Shown in pieces: positions 1 through 9,389 of a stretch of 64,000 bases of DNA. Both the position numbers and the translations under genes were made by a program. Numbering within the stretch: the first letter of the stretch is position 1; each line of letters opens with the position of its first letter. The notes beneath the pieces are model-generated. The model searched no databases, was not told the DNA's origin, and worked only from the letters and a program-made list of their open reading frames with translations. The DNA lies in NCBI RefSeq assembly GCF_036516575.1, contig NZ_DATBTY010000018.1:3882-67881 (forward strand). Reading direction: 5' to 3'. The stretch comes from Cerasibacillus sp. GTDB lineage: Bacteria; Bacillota; Bacilli; Bacillales; Amphibacillaceae.

Positions 1-219
1 AACCTATTAATAAATGCAAAATATCTTCAAATTTTTCCTGGATAGACAACTATATTACATTTAAAATAAAATTCACGATATTTGAAGTTAGGACTTTTGA
101 CCCTTGTTAATAGTAATAACATGACTATAGTGCCAAGATTGTTAATGAAGCATGAAGCATATTTTTTCAAACATGTTTCATACTAAATACCAAACTTAGC
201 AGGAAAGAAGGAAAAACAT

Positions 220-1374
220 ATGTATGACTTTTTTATGCCTAACGTAAACTTTTTCGGCCGTGGGGCTGTAAAAGTAACTGGTGAACGCTGTAAAATTCTT
301 GGTGGTAAAAAAGCACTAATCGTAACAGATGGTTTCTTACGTTCTTTACCTGGAGGTCCTGTCGAAAAAGTAACAGAATCATTAAATGAAGCAGGAATCT
401 CTTATGCATTTTATGATGAAGTAGAACCGAATCCAAAAGACACAAATGTTAAAAACGGATTAAAAGTATTCCAGGATGAACATTGCGATTTAATTGTTAC
501 AGTTGGCGGCGGTAGTTCCCATGACTGTGGTAAAGGAATCGGAATTGCCGCAACTCATGAAGGCGATCTTTATGAAAATTATGCAGGAATTGAAACATTA
601 TCAAATCCATTACCACCAATTGTATGTGTAAATACAACAGCGGGTACTGCAAGTGAGGTAACACGTCACTGTGTGATTACAAACACAGAAAAGAAAATAA
701 AATTCGTTATCGTTAGCTGGAGAAATACACCACTCGTATCCATTAATGACCCAGAACTAATGGTTGGTAAACCTGCTGGCTTAACAGCAGCTACTGGAAT
801 GGATGCTTTAACACATGCCATTGAATCATATGTATCTCTAGGTGCTAACCCAGTAACTGATTCAATGGCAATCCAAGCAATTAAATTAATTTCAACTAAC
901 TTACGTCAAGCTGTTGCCTATGGTAAAAACATTGAAGCGCGCGAAAACATGGCTCATGCATCACTATTAGCTGGTATGGCCTTTAACAACGCTGGTTTAG
1001 GTTATGTACATGCAATGGCTCACCAGTTAGGTGGTCTTTATGACATTCCACACGGTGTTGCAAACGCTGTGTTACTTCCACATGTTGAAGAATTCAATAT
1101 TATCTCTAACCCTAAGAAATTTGCTGATATTGCAGAATTCATGGGTGAAAATATTGAAGGCTTATCTGTTCGTGAAGCAGCTGATAAAGCAATTGCCGCT
1201 ATCCGTAAATTATCTGAAGATGTTAACATTCCATCTAGCTTACGTGATCTAGGTGTTAAAGAAGAAGACTTTGAAAAAATGGCGAAACTTGCTCTTGAAG
1301 ATGGAAACGCAGTAAGCAACCCTATTCAAGGTAAGGAACAAGATATTGTTAACATTTTTAAAGCAGCATACTAA
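220..1374 (+). CDS. dhaT: Iron-containing alcohol dehydrogenase, 1,3-propanediol dehydrogenase (DhaT)-like
   Basis: GGGSSHDCGKGIG, NTTAGTASE, GMDALTHAIE and HAMAHQLGG Fe-ADH motifs; closely resembles clostridial DhaT as I recall it; RBS GAAGGA upstream. Confidence 0.8.
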   Translation: MYDFFMPNVNFFGRGAVKVTGERCKILGGKKALIVTDGFLRSLPGGPVEKVTESLNEAGISYAFYDEVEPNPKDTNVKNGLKVFQDEHCDLIVTVGGGSSHDCGKGIGIAATHEGDLYENYAGIETLSNPLPPIVCVNTTAGTASEVTRHCVITNTEKKIKFVIVSWRNTPLVSINDPELMVGKPAGLTAATGMDALTHAIESYVSLGANPVTDSMAIQAIKLISTNLRQAVAYGKNIEARENMAHASLLAGMAFNNAGLGYVHAMAHQLGGLYDIPHGVANAVLLPHVEEFNIISNPKKFADIAEFMGENIEGLSVREAADKAIAAIRKLSEDVNIPSSLRDLGVKEEDFEKMAKLALEDGNAVSNPIQGKEQDIVNIFKAAY

Positions 1375-1433
1375 GAGATTGTCGTAAACAATTTTAAAAA
1401 TAAATGGGACGTTCTAAAACGTCCCCAAATATC

Positions 1434-1472
1434 ACAAGCGGAGAAATATGTCTATTTTCTCTGCTTGTTTTA
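1434..1472 (+). terminator. Intrinsic terminator after dhaT
   Basis: ACAAGCGGAGAAA...TTTTCTCTGCTTGT stem followed by T-run. Confidence 0.6.
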
Positions 1473-1610
1473 TATGCTGATATTTATTTTTCAAACGCAT
1501 TTTAAATTATAGAGTCCTATGGGAGCTCACATGCGTTTTATTCAAGTAAGAGGGCGCATTGCCATTGCAATTTAATAGCTTAGAGCGGTTCTTTACCCTG
1601 ACGACGGGTA

Positions 1611-2420
1611 TTGAAGCTTCAATGCGTGGTCTCGTTTTGATTTTCAACGGCGAGAGGCTGGATTGAAGCTTCAATGCGATGTCTCGTTTTGATTTTCAAC
1701 GGCGAGAGGCTGGATTGAAGCCTCAATGCGGTGTCTCATCATGCTTTTCAACCGCGAGAGGCTGCATTGAGGATTCAATGCGTTGTCTCGTTATGATTTT
1801 CAACCACGAGAGGCTGTGTTGAATGCTCAATGCGGTGTCTCGTTATGATTTTCTACGGCGAGAGGCTGGATTGAAGCCTCAATGCGATGTCTCATCATGC
1901 TTTTCAACCGCGAGAGGCTGTGTTGAGGCTTCAATGTGTTGTCTCATCATGCTTTTCAACCACGAGAGGCTGTGTTGAGGCTTCAATGCGATGTCTCGTT
2001 ATGATTTTCAACCACGAGAGGCTGTGTTGAATACTCAATGCGTGGTCTCGTTATGCTTTTCAACCGCGAGAGGCTGTGTTGAGGCTTCAATGTGTTGTCT
2101 CATCATGCTTTTCAACCGCGAGAGGCTGCATTGAGGCTTCAATGTGTTGTCTCATCATGCTTTTCAACCACGAGAGGCTGTGTTGAGGCTTCAATGCGAT
2201 GTCTCGTTATGATTTTCAACCACGAGAGGCTGTGTTGAGGCTTCAATGCGGTGTCTCGTTATGATTTTCAACCACGAGAGGCTGGATTGAGGCTTCAATG
2301 CGGTGTCTCATCATGCTTTTCAACCGCGAGAGGCTGTGTTGAGGCTTCAATGCGTTGTCTCAACAGGGTTTTCACATGTGAGGGAACGCATTGAAGCTTT
2401 AATGTCATGTCTTGCTATAA
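1611..2420. repeat. 52-bp tandem array, family A, copy A1 (15 full units plus a degenerate 16th)
   Basis: Units start at 1611, 1663, 1715 ... 2339, 2391; consensus TTGAGGCTTCAATGCGNTGTCTCGTTATGATTTTCAACCRCGAGAGGCTGTG. Confidence 0.97.
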
Positions 2421-2536
2421 TTCCTTTCCCATGAAAGTGAACGTTGACATGTCTTTTTTTCCAACATACCATTAAAAATAGAAAAAAAGCATGCCAACTC
2501 GGTCGTGAATTCGCTGATTGGGAATAAGCACATCCA

Positions 2537-2565
2537 TTGCATATCGATTATTCTCGATATATAAT
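2537..2565 (+). promoter_or_regulatory. SigA promoter with a 7-6-7 inverted repeat between -35 and -10 (putative ArsR operator)
   Basis: TTGCAT-N17-TATAAT; ATATCGA-N6-TCGATAT at 2541-2560. Confidence 0.65.
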
Positions 2566-2581
2566 AAATTTAAAATGATAT

Positions 2582-2878
2582 GTGGTGATAAAATTGGATC
2601 TTATACGTATTTATAAAGCCTTATCCAACCCGACACGGATACAAATTTTGCAATGGTTAAAAGAACCCGAAAAACATTTTCCAGACGTATATCCAGAAGG
2701 TGTATGTGTGAGTGATATTCAAAAGAAAGTCGAGCTATCCCAATCAACCGTATCGCTTTACTTATCTATTTTACAAGATGCTGGCTTCATTCAATCAACT
2801 CGTCAAGGGCAATGGACCTATTACAAAAGAAACGAAAAACAAATCGAAGAAATCAAACAATATATGATGGATTTATAA
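2582..2878 (+). CDS. ArsR/SmtB family transcriptional regulator
   Basis: KALSNPTRIQIL, CVSDI and LSQSTVSLYLSIL winged-HTH pattern. Confidence 0.9.
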   Translation: MVIKLDLIRIYKALSNPTRIQILQWLKEPEKHFPDVYPEGVCVSDIQKKVELSQSTVSLYLSILQDAGFIQSTRQGQWTYYKRNEKQIEEIKQYMMDL

Positions 2879-2926
2879 ATATGCGATTCTTAATATCCAC
2901 AAAATAATTAAAATCATCACTTATAT

Positions 2927-2946
2927 ATATCGAAATTTCTAGATAT
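2927..2946. promoter_or_regulatory. Second copy of the putative ArsR operator, upstream of the LLM gene
   Basis: ATATCGA-N6-TAGATAT, one mismatch to the 2541-2560 box. Confidence 0.55.
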
Positions 2947-3069
2947 GTGAGAACATATGGAAAAGATAAATTGATTTAGATGGTACTTTCAAGATATTGA
3001 ATTGATTAATGGTGACGATTCAATACATGAAGCCCTAACAAATTTAAATTAACTCTGGAGTGATTGGTG

Positions 3070-4011
3070 ATGGAAACTTTCCATAACAAGCAAGGGTATA
3101 AACGAATTTTTAAAGAAAACAAACTGACAATCGGATTATTCATTCCGATTGAAGCCTATTCAGGGAGCATTCCCTCAATGGAAAAACATATTCAAATGGC
3201 TCAAAAAGCTGAAGAATTAGGATTTGGAGCTTTATGGGTGAGAGACATCCCTCTATTTGATCCCTATTTCGGGGATGTTGGCCAAATCTATGATCCGTGG
3301 GTCTATTTAGGCTATTTGACAGCTCATACAGAAGAAATTACACTTGGAACCGGGAGCATTATTTTTCCGTTAAGACATCCGATTCATCTCGCAAAAGCCG
3401 CTGCTTCGATAGACCAACTCTCGAAAGGGCGACTTGTTTTAGGGATTGCCTCAGGTGACCGGCGGGTGGAATTTCCTGCATTTAATATTAACATTCCATC
3501 TCATGGTAAAGCCTTTCGAGAAACCTTTGATTATTTTAAGCAATTATTAAATGAAGACTTTCCAATGATTGAAAGTCAAGTTGGTCGTATTCACCGTAAT
3601 GCTGGGGTGTTACCTAAGCCTTATCATAGCGATATTCCATTGATTATAACAGGGTCAAGTCGCCAGCCATTTGACTGGATTGCAGAAAACGGAGATGGTT
3701 GGATGTACTATCCAAGAAATATTCATCAACAATCACAGTCTGTACAAGCATGGCGTGAAGCAACATCTACATTTAAACCGTTTTTACAATCATTGTATAT
3801 TGATTTGACAGAAGATCCTGATACGGAGCCAACTCCAATCCACCTCGGTTTCCGTCTTGGAAGAAAGCATCTTATTCATTTTTTAAAATCATTAGAACAA
3901 ATTGGTGTTAACCATGTGATGCTTAACCTCAAATATAGTCAGCGCGACGCTGAAACAGTAATAGATGAATTGGCCAATGAGGTATTACCACATTTTCCAT
4001 CCTTATCTTAG
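3070..4011 (+). CDS. Luciferase-like (LLM class) flavin-dependent oxidoreductase
   Basis: AEELGFGALWVRD, DPWVYLGYL and GRLVLGIASGDR motifs; ATG 3070 follows RBS GGAGTGA (track start 3064). Confidence 0.88.
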   Translation: METFHNKQGYKRIFKENKLTIGLFIPIEAYSGSIPSMEKHIQMAQKAEELGFGALWVRDIPLFDPYFGDVGQIYDPWVYLGYLTAHTEEITLGTGSIIFPLRHPIHLAKAAASIDQLSKGRLVLGIASGDRRVEFPAFNINIPSHGKAFRETFDYFKQLLNEDFPMIESQVGRIHRNAGVLPKPYHSDIPLIITGSSRQPFDWIAENGDGWMYYPRNIHQQSQSVQAWREATSTFKPFLQSLYIDLTEDPDTEPTPIHLGFRLGRKHLIHFLKSLEQIGVNHVMLNLKYSQRDAETVIDELANEVLPHFPSLS

Positions 4012-4099
4012 AAAAGACTGTGAACTGTGAAGAAAACATCTGCGGAAATACAATTCCTGTTTTTTATTTTAGGGAAAGACATATTGCATTGAGCACTGC

Positions 4100-4262
4100 T
4101 TAAAGTACTTATTAAGTAGGCTTTGCAATTCTGTACCCGCGGGAGTCCTGCCAACGGTACCTACTACGTTGTTTCTACAATTAAGTACCCGCGGGAACAC
4201 CACCAACGGTACTTATAACGTTAATTATACATTTAAGTACCCGCGGGAACGACACCAACAGA
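4100..4262. repeat. 52-bp tandem array, family D, copy D1 (about 3 units)
   Basis: GTACCCGCGGGA at 4133, 4185 and 4237; in-phase GTAC remnant at 4105. Confidence 0.85.
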
Positions 4263-4355
4263 ATGTCAAACAGAAGATTGGATCTTTGAGACCCGCTAGA
4301 AAACCACCTTGTGACTTCTTGCAAAGATAAGCCGAAACGATATTAAGAATAAAAT

Positions 4356-4393
4356 AAAACGCGATTTCCTTTAATATTGGAAATCGCGTTTTT
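4356..4393. terminator. Bidirectional terminator between convergent LLM and OsmC genes
   Basis: AAAACGCGATTTCC / GGAAATCGCGTTTT perfect stem. Confidence 0.75.
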
Positions 4394-4437
4394 ATATAAT
4401 CGCTTTTTTCTAAAGTTAGTTGAATTGGCTCTCCTTC

Positions 4438-4881
4438 TTATTCAATCACGATATCATTTAATTCCATTTTAGTAGAGTGAGCAATCGTATCGCCAACTGG
4501 GCATGTATTTTCAATAAATGTTACAAATTCTTCTACCTTTTCACGGGGTGCATCTGTTTTAATATGGATGTCATATTCGATTGATTGAAAGCCTGGGCGA
4601 ACATCGTCAGCTTTATGTAGGAAGCCGTCTGTGTCTAACTCACCAGTTAATTCAACCCAAAAATCATCAAATTCGATTTCAAATTTCTTAGCAAACATTC
4701 TTGCTACAATTGATTGACAAGCTCCAAATGCACATAACATAAGCTCGACTGGATTCATCCCCGTATCAGTTCCACCGAGTTCTTTTGGTTCATCAATTGT
4801 AACTTCAAAATGTCTTGATTTTACTTTTACTTGTACACCTTCTTGTAAATGAGCTTTTGCATGAAATAATGATTTAGCCAT
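4438..4881 (-). CDS. OsmC/Ohr family protein
   Basis: IDEPKELGGTDTGMNPVELMLCAFGAC and second Cys in ENTCPV. Confidence 0.9.
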   Translation of the reverse strand: MAKSLFHAKAHLQEGVQVKVKSRHFEVTIDEPKELGGTDTGMNPVELMLCAFGACQSIVARMFAKKFEIEFDDFWVELTGELDTDGFLHKADDVRPGFQSIEYDIHIKTDAPREKVEEFVTFIENTCPVGDTIAHSTKMELNDIVIE

Positions 4882-4962
4882 ATGTCTTGCCCCTCTCTTT
4901 TGTTAAAGATTTCCTTTACATCTTCAGTATACAAGAATAATGACTTGGTGAATTTGAACATT

Positions 4963-4980
4963 TTGTGAATCTCTTCACAA
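4963..4980. promoter_or_regulatory. Rex operator in the osmC/cydA divergent region
   Basis: Perfect TTGTGAA-N4-TTCACAA; Rex control of cydABCD is established in Bacillus. Confidence 0.8.
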
Positions 4981-5163
4981 AATGTTCATTAATTAACTTA
5001 ACCTTAGTCATATCAAGGCATTGGGGGGTTTTTTATATAAAAAAACACAAATCATATGTTAGGGTATGTTATATTCCTGTGATATTATGTGATGTGACGT
5101 TGCGAGTGGAATTTGGCAGCTGTTCATGAATCTGTCAATAAATAGTCAACGCTCTGTAACACT

Positions 5164-5181
5164 TTGTGAACGAATTAACAA
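5164..5181. promoter_or_regulatory. Second Rex operator upstream of cydA
   Basis: TTGTGAA-CGAA-TTAACAA, one mismatch. Confidence 0.65.
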
Positions 5182-5284
5182 ATTCATCCCTTATACTATA
5201 AGTAAGTTAGTTTTCACTATGTACGTATTGTTAACTATGGTTCACACGTTACAGAAATTACATCATAAAGGAGAGAATGACAAT

Positions 5285-6682
5285 ATGGATCCACTCTGGT
5301 TAGCTAGGCTTCAATTTGCTTCTACAACCATTTTTCACTATTTCTTTGTTCCAATGTCAATTGGTCTTGCGTTAATCATTGCTATCATGCAAACGATGTA
5401 TGTCGTTAAAGATGACGAGAAATACAAACGTATGACTAAATTTTGGGGAACGTTGTTTTTAATTAACTTTGCTGTCGGTGTTGTTACTGGTATTTTACAA
5501 GAATTCCAATTTGGTATGAACTGGTCAACATACTCACGATTCGTTGGTGATGTATTTGGTCCATCATTAGCAATCGAAGGTTTATTAGCTTTCTTTATGG
5601 AATCAACCTTTATCGGTTTATGGGTATTCGGCTGGGACCGCCTGTCTAAACGCGTACACTTACTTTCCGTATGGCTTGTATCCATTGGAACGATCTTATC
5701 CGCTTTTTGGATTTTAACAGCTAATTCATTTATGCAATCGCCTGTTGGATATGAATTTGCTGATGGACGTGCACAAATGGTTAGTTTCAAGGAAATTGTG
5801 ACAAACCCACATTTATGGGTACAATTCCCACACGTTCTCATCTCTGCCTTTGCAACAGGTGCCTTTCTTATTGCAGGTATTAGTGCATGGAAAATTACAA
5901 AAAAACACGATGTCGATCTGTTTAAAAAATCATTTAAAATCTCGATTATCGTAGCCGCTATTTCATCATTATTCATTATCGTAACAGGTCATAACCAAGC
6001 ACAGCATTTAGTCCAATCACAACCGATGAAGCTGGCTGCAGCAGAAGCACTGTGGGAAAACAGTGGTGACCCTGCTCCATTTACAGTGGTTGCAAGTATT
6101 GATAGTGAAAATCAAAAAAATAACTGGCAACTCGACATTCCATATGTCCTTAGTATCTTGTCATACAATAAGTTTAGTGGGTCTGTTCAAGGGATAAATG
6201 AATTACAAAAAGAATATGAAGAAAAATATGGCCCTGGAAATTATGTTCCACCAGTTAAAACAGTATTCTGGAGTTTCCGTGCCATGGCACTTTCGGGAAC
6301 ATTGATGTTAATCTTAGCTATTTATGGTTGGTTCGCAACAAGAAAAGACCAACTTGAAAAACATACCCGCTTCTTAAAATTAATGGTCTGGTCGATTGCA
6401 CTACCGTTTATTGCTAATACAGTCGGTTGGTTAATGACTGAACTTGGTCGTCAACCATGGGTTGTCTTTGGCATTATGAAAACAGAAGATGCTGTCTCAC
6501 CAACTGTGACAGCAAATGAAGTGCTCTTCTCACTCATTTCATTTAATACAATTTACGCTATTTTAGGAGCAGTATTAGTTTACCTCTTCGTTCAGCATAT
6601 TAAAAAGAATGGTGAAGATAATAAGCAAGCACCAATCACAACTGATCCATTTAGTAAGGAGGGAACCGAAGTTGTCTCTTAA
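5285..6682 (+). CDS. cydA: Cytochrome bd ubiquinol oxidase subunit I
   Basis: LARLQFASTTIFHYFFVP, EFQFG and GRQPWVV motifs; start moved to ATG 5285 after RBS AAAGGAGAG (track start 5126 runs through the promoter). Confidence 0.95.
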   Translation: MDPLWLARLQFASTTIFHYFFVPMSIGLALIIAIMQTMYVVKDDEKYKRMTKFWGTLFLINFAVGVVTGILQEFQFGMNWSTYSRFVGDVFGPSLAIEGLLAFFMESTFIGLWVFGWDRLSKRVHLLSVWLVSIGTILSAFWILTANSFMQSPVGYEFADGRAQMVSFKEIVTNPHLWVQFPHVLISAFATGAFLIAGISAWKITKKHDVDLFKKSFKISIIVAAISSLFIIVTGHNQAQHLVQSQPMKLAAAEALWENSGDPAPFTVVASIDSENQKNNWQLDIPYVLSILSYNKFSGSVQGINELQKEYEEKYGPGNYVPPVKTVFWSFRAMALSGTLMLILAIYGWFATRKDQLEKHTRFLKLMVWSIALPFIANTVGWLMTELGRQPWVVFGIMKTEDAVSPTVTANEVLFSLISFNTIYAILGAVLVYLFVQHIKKNGEDNKQAPITTDPFSKEGTEVVS

Positions 6683-7682
6683 TGAAATTTGGTTCATATT
6701 AATCGCAGTTTTATTTACTGGTTTCTTTATCTTGGAAGGGTTTGATTTTGGTGTTGGCACTGTCGCTCGATTTTTAGGTAAAAATGATATAGAAAAACGG
6801 GTGTATATTAATACAATTGGACCTTTTTGGGATGCGAATGAGGTTTGGCTTATCACTGCCGGTGGAGCTATGTTTGCCGCTTTTCCACATTGGTACGCAA
6901 CGATGTTTAGTGGGTTTTATATCCCACTTGTACTCATGCTACTTGCCCTAATTATACGTGGTGTAGCCTTTGAATTTAGAAGTAAAGTAGCAAATCCTAA
7001 ATGGCGGAACACTTGGGATTGGGGAATCTTTATCGGTAGCTTTTTACCTCCTATCTTATGGGGAGTCGTCCTCGCAAACTTTATGACGGGGATGCCAATT
7101 GATGCAGATAAGGAAATGGTCGGTGGCTTCTTACAATTCTTACATCCATTTGCCTTACTCGGCGGTGTGATGTTCTTACTCGTCACAACCCAACACGGGC
7201 TACAATTCATTACTTTAAAAACAGAAGGTAAATTACAAGAACGTGCACGTAAAGTAGCAAATATATTAGCGCCATTTACATTAATCGCCGTATTACTCTT
7301 CGCTGTTATTGGGTATATTAAAACTGATATTTTCACATACCATGGGAATTTCTGGGTGATTCTACCAATCTTAACATGGGTCGTCCTCCTCTATGGTACA
7401 ATGCTTAACCGTAAGAAAAAAGATGGACTTGCTTTTACAATGACAAGTCTAACCATTCTATTTTTAAGTGCTAGTATTTTTATCGGGATGTTCCCGCGCG
7501 TGATGATCAGTTCGATTAATGACATGTATAGCTTAACTGTCCAAACAGCATCTTCAGGCAGTTATACTTTAAAAACAATGCTGATTGCCACGATTATCTT
7601 TTTACCATTTGTATTAGCTTATCAAACATGGAGTTACTTCGTCTTCCGTAAACGAGTAACGAAAAAGGATGTCACTTATTAA
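6672..7682 (+). CDS. cydB: Cytochrome bd ubiquinol oxidase subunit II
   Basis: LEGFDFGVG and IGPFWDANEVWLITAGGA motifs; TTG start at 6672 after GGAGGG overlaps the cydA stop. Confidence 0.95.
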   Translation: MSLNEIWFILIAVLFTGFFILEGFDFGVGTVARFLGKNDIEKRVYINTIGPFWDANEVWLITAGGAMFAAFPHWYATMFSGFYIPLVLMLLALIIRGVAFEFRSKVANPKWRNTWDWGIFIGSFLPPILWGVVLANFMTGMPIDADKEMVGGFLQFLHPFALLGGVMFLLVTTQHGLQFITLKTEGKLQERARKVANILAPFTLIAVLLFAVIGYIKTDIFTYHGNFWVILPILTWVVLLYGTMLNRKKKDGLAFTMTSLTILFLSASIFIGMFPRVMISSINDMYSLTVQTASSGSYTLKTMLIATIIFLPFVLAYQTWSYFVFRKRVTKKDVTY

Positions 7683-9388
7683 TGAAACGGCAAAAAGGTC
7701 TTCCAAATTATCCTGGTAGTAAAATTGTATATATCTTATTAGGAAGCCTATCCATACTTGAAGCAATAGGGACCATTGCCCAAGCCATCTTTTTGGCTCG
7801 GGCAATCACCTATTTATTTAAAGGTCAGGCATTAACTGATGTTATGACTGATTTCTTATTCTTTTTTATTGCCTTCATACTAAAACATAGTATTTCTCTC
7901 TTACAACAATATGTAGCGGAAAAGTTTGCCGAACGAATCGGTAAAAACTTACGAGCTGAGCTCATTCAGACATATGTCAAAAATGGCCGCGGTTTCGTTC
8001 AACGATTAGGCACAGGGCGGTTAGTGACACTAGCTATTGAAGGAATTGACAACCTGAAAAACTATTTAACCTTAGCTATTCCGCGCATCATTCGTACAAT
8101 GATTATCCCTGCCCTTATTGTTATATATATTTTTACACTTGATAAAAAATCGGCCGTCATTCTAATTGTAACGGTACCGATTGTTATCGTATTCATGATT
8201 TTACTCGGCATTGCCGCTCAAAAGATGGCCGATAGTCAGTATGCGACATATCGTGTTTTATCTAATCACTTTATTGATTCATTAAAAGGATTAGAAACAT
8301 TAAAATACCTTGGTCAAAGCTTAAAACATGAAGCTAAAGTCGGACGTGTCAGTGAACAATATCGTAAAGCAACAATGCGTACCTTACGCGTCGCATTTTT
8401 ATCATCATTTGCACTTGATTTTTTCACAAGTTTATCGATTGCTTTCGTTGCTGTCAGTCTCGGCTTTCGATTAATTGATGGTACGACAGATTTATTACCA
8501 GCCCTAACGATACTTGTCTTAGCACCAGAGTATTTTTTACCCATTCGTCAAGTCGGTAAAGATTATCATGCAACATTAGATGGGCAAGTAGCGATGGATG
8601 AAATTGATACAATTTTAGCTCAACCTATAGAAAAAGAACGCGTAACAAAACCAATTAAGTGGAACTCATCAAGTACACTTGAACTTAAACAAGTACGTGT
8701 TGAAAAGGATGAACACGTTTTATTAGATAACATCAGTTTCTCCTGTTCTCATCATGGGATGGTAGGCATTGTCGGTGCTAGTGGTGCTGGAAAATCAACA
8801 CTCATTCATGTTCTCGCTGGCTTTATTAAACCGACAAATGGCACGATGACGGTCAACGATGAATTAGTAAATTCATTTAATCGTGACGATTGGTTAAATT
8901 ATATCGCTTATATTCCACAACACCCGTATATTTTTCCGATGTCATTAGCTGATAATATTCGCTTTTATGATCCAGAGGCGACGGATGAACAAGTAGCTAA
9001 AGTGATTGAGAAAATTGGGCTATCATCTTTTGTTCAAGATCTTCCTAACGGCATTCACGAAAAAATTGGTGAAGGAGCTCGTGAATTAAGTGGCGGTCAA
9101 GAACAACGAATTGCTATGGCGCGCGCACTACTAAGCAAAAAGCCCATTTTGTTATTAGATGAACCAACAGCACATTTAGATATTGAGACTGAGTATGAAA
9201 TCAAACAATTAATGCTAGATATATTTAAAGATAAGCTCGTTTTCTTAGCGACACATCGCTATCATTGGATGAAAGATATGGATCACCTCCTCGTGATTGA
9301 TGATGGTCGCTTAATTGAACATGGAACACATAACGAACTAATCGCTAAAAATGGACATTATGTCAATTTAACGAGGGTGGTGAATTAG
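7682..9388 (+). CDS. cydD: Thiol reductant ABC exporter subunit CydD (called CydC in B. subtilis)
   Basis: TM domain plus GASGAGKST Walker A, LSGGQ and LLLDEPT; LAPEYFLPIR motif; operon position. Confidence 0.9.
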   Translation: MKRQKGLPNYPGSKIVYILLGSLSILEAIGTIAQAIFLARAITYLFKGQALTDVMTDFLFFFIAFILKHSISLLQQYVAEKFAERIGKNLRAELIQTYVKNGRGFVQRLGTGRLVTLAIEGIDNLKNYLTLAIPRIIRTMIIPALIVIYIFTLDKKSAVILIVTVPIVIVFMILLGIAAQKMADSQYATYRVLSNHFIDSLKGLETLKYLGQSLKHEAKVGRVSEQYRKATMRTLRVAFLSSFALDFFTSLSIAFVAVSLGFRLIDGTTDLLPALTILVLAPEYFLPIRQVGKDYHATLDGQVAMDEIDTILAQPIEKERVTKPIKWNSSSTLELKQVRVEKDEHVLLDNISFSCSHHGMVGIVGASGAGKSTLIHVLAGFIKPTNGTMTVNDELVNSFNRDDWLNYIAYIPQHPYIFPMSLADNIRFYDPEATDEQVAKVIEKIGLSSFVQDLPNGIHEKIGEGARELSGGQEQRIAMARALLSKKPILLLDEPTAHLDIETEYEIKQLMLDIFKDKLVFLATHRYHWMKDMDHLLVIDDGRLIEHGTHNELIAKNGHYVNLTRVVN

Positions 9389-9389
9389 G

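Noticed and set aside
1505-1600. Possible 6S RNA-like fragments (GGGAGCTCACAT, AAGAGGGCGCA, AGAGCGGTTC)
   Set aside because: Only short scattered matches; no convincing long hairpin with a central bubble by eye, and the context is atypical. An Rfam scan would settle it.
1663-1674. TTGA-N4-TCAA core read as an Fnr or LexA box
   Set aside because: Spacing and sequence do not match TTGAT-N4-ATCAA, TGTGA-N6-TCACA or CGAAC-N4-GTTCG.
1611-2420. CRISPR array (also considered for 14206, 42810, 53277 and 61188)
   Set aside because: The whole 52-bp unit is conserved, there are no unique spacers, and there are no cas genes in the window.
5126-5284. N-terminal extension of CydA (similarly CydB, Cof, SLC13, asparaginase)
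   Set aside because: The extension runs through Rex sites and the promoter region; downstream starts have good RBSs and match family N-termini.
5338-5976. Long antisense or alternate-frame ORFs (for example 5338-5976, 34322-34999, 46668-47177, 37128-37598)
   Set aside because: Shadow frames of well-supported genes on the other strand.
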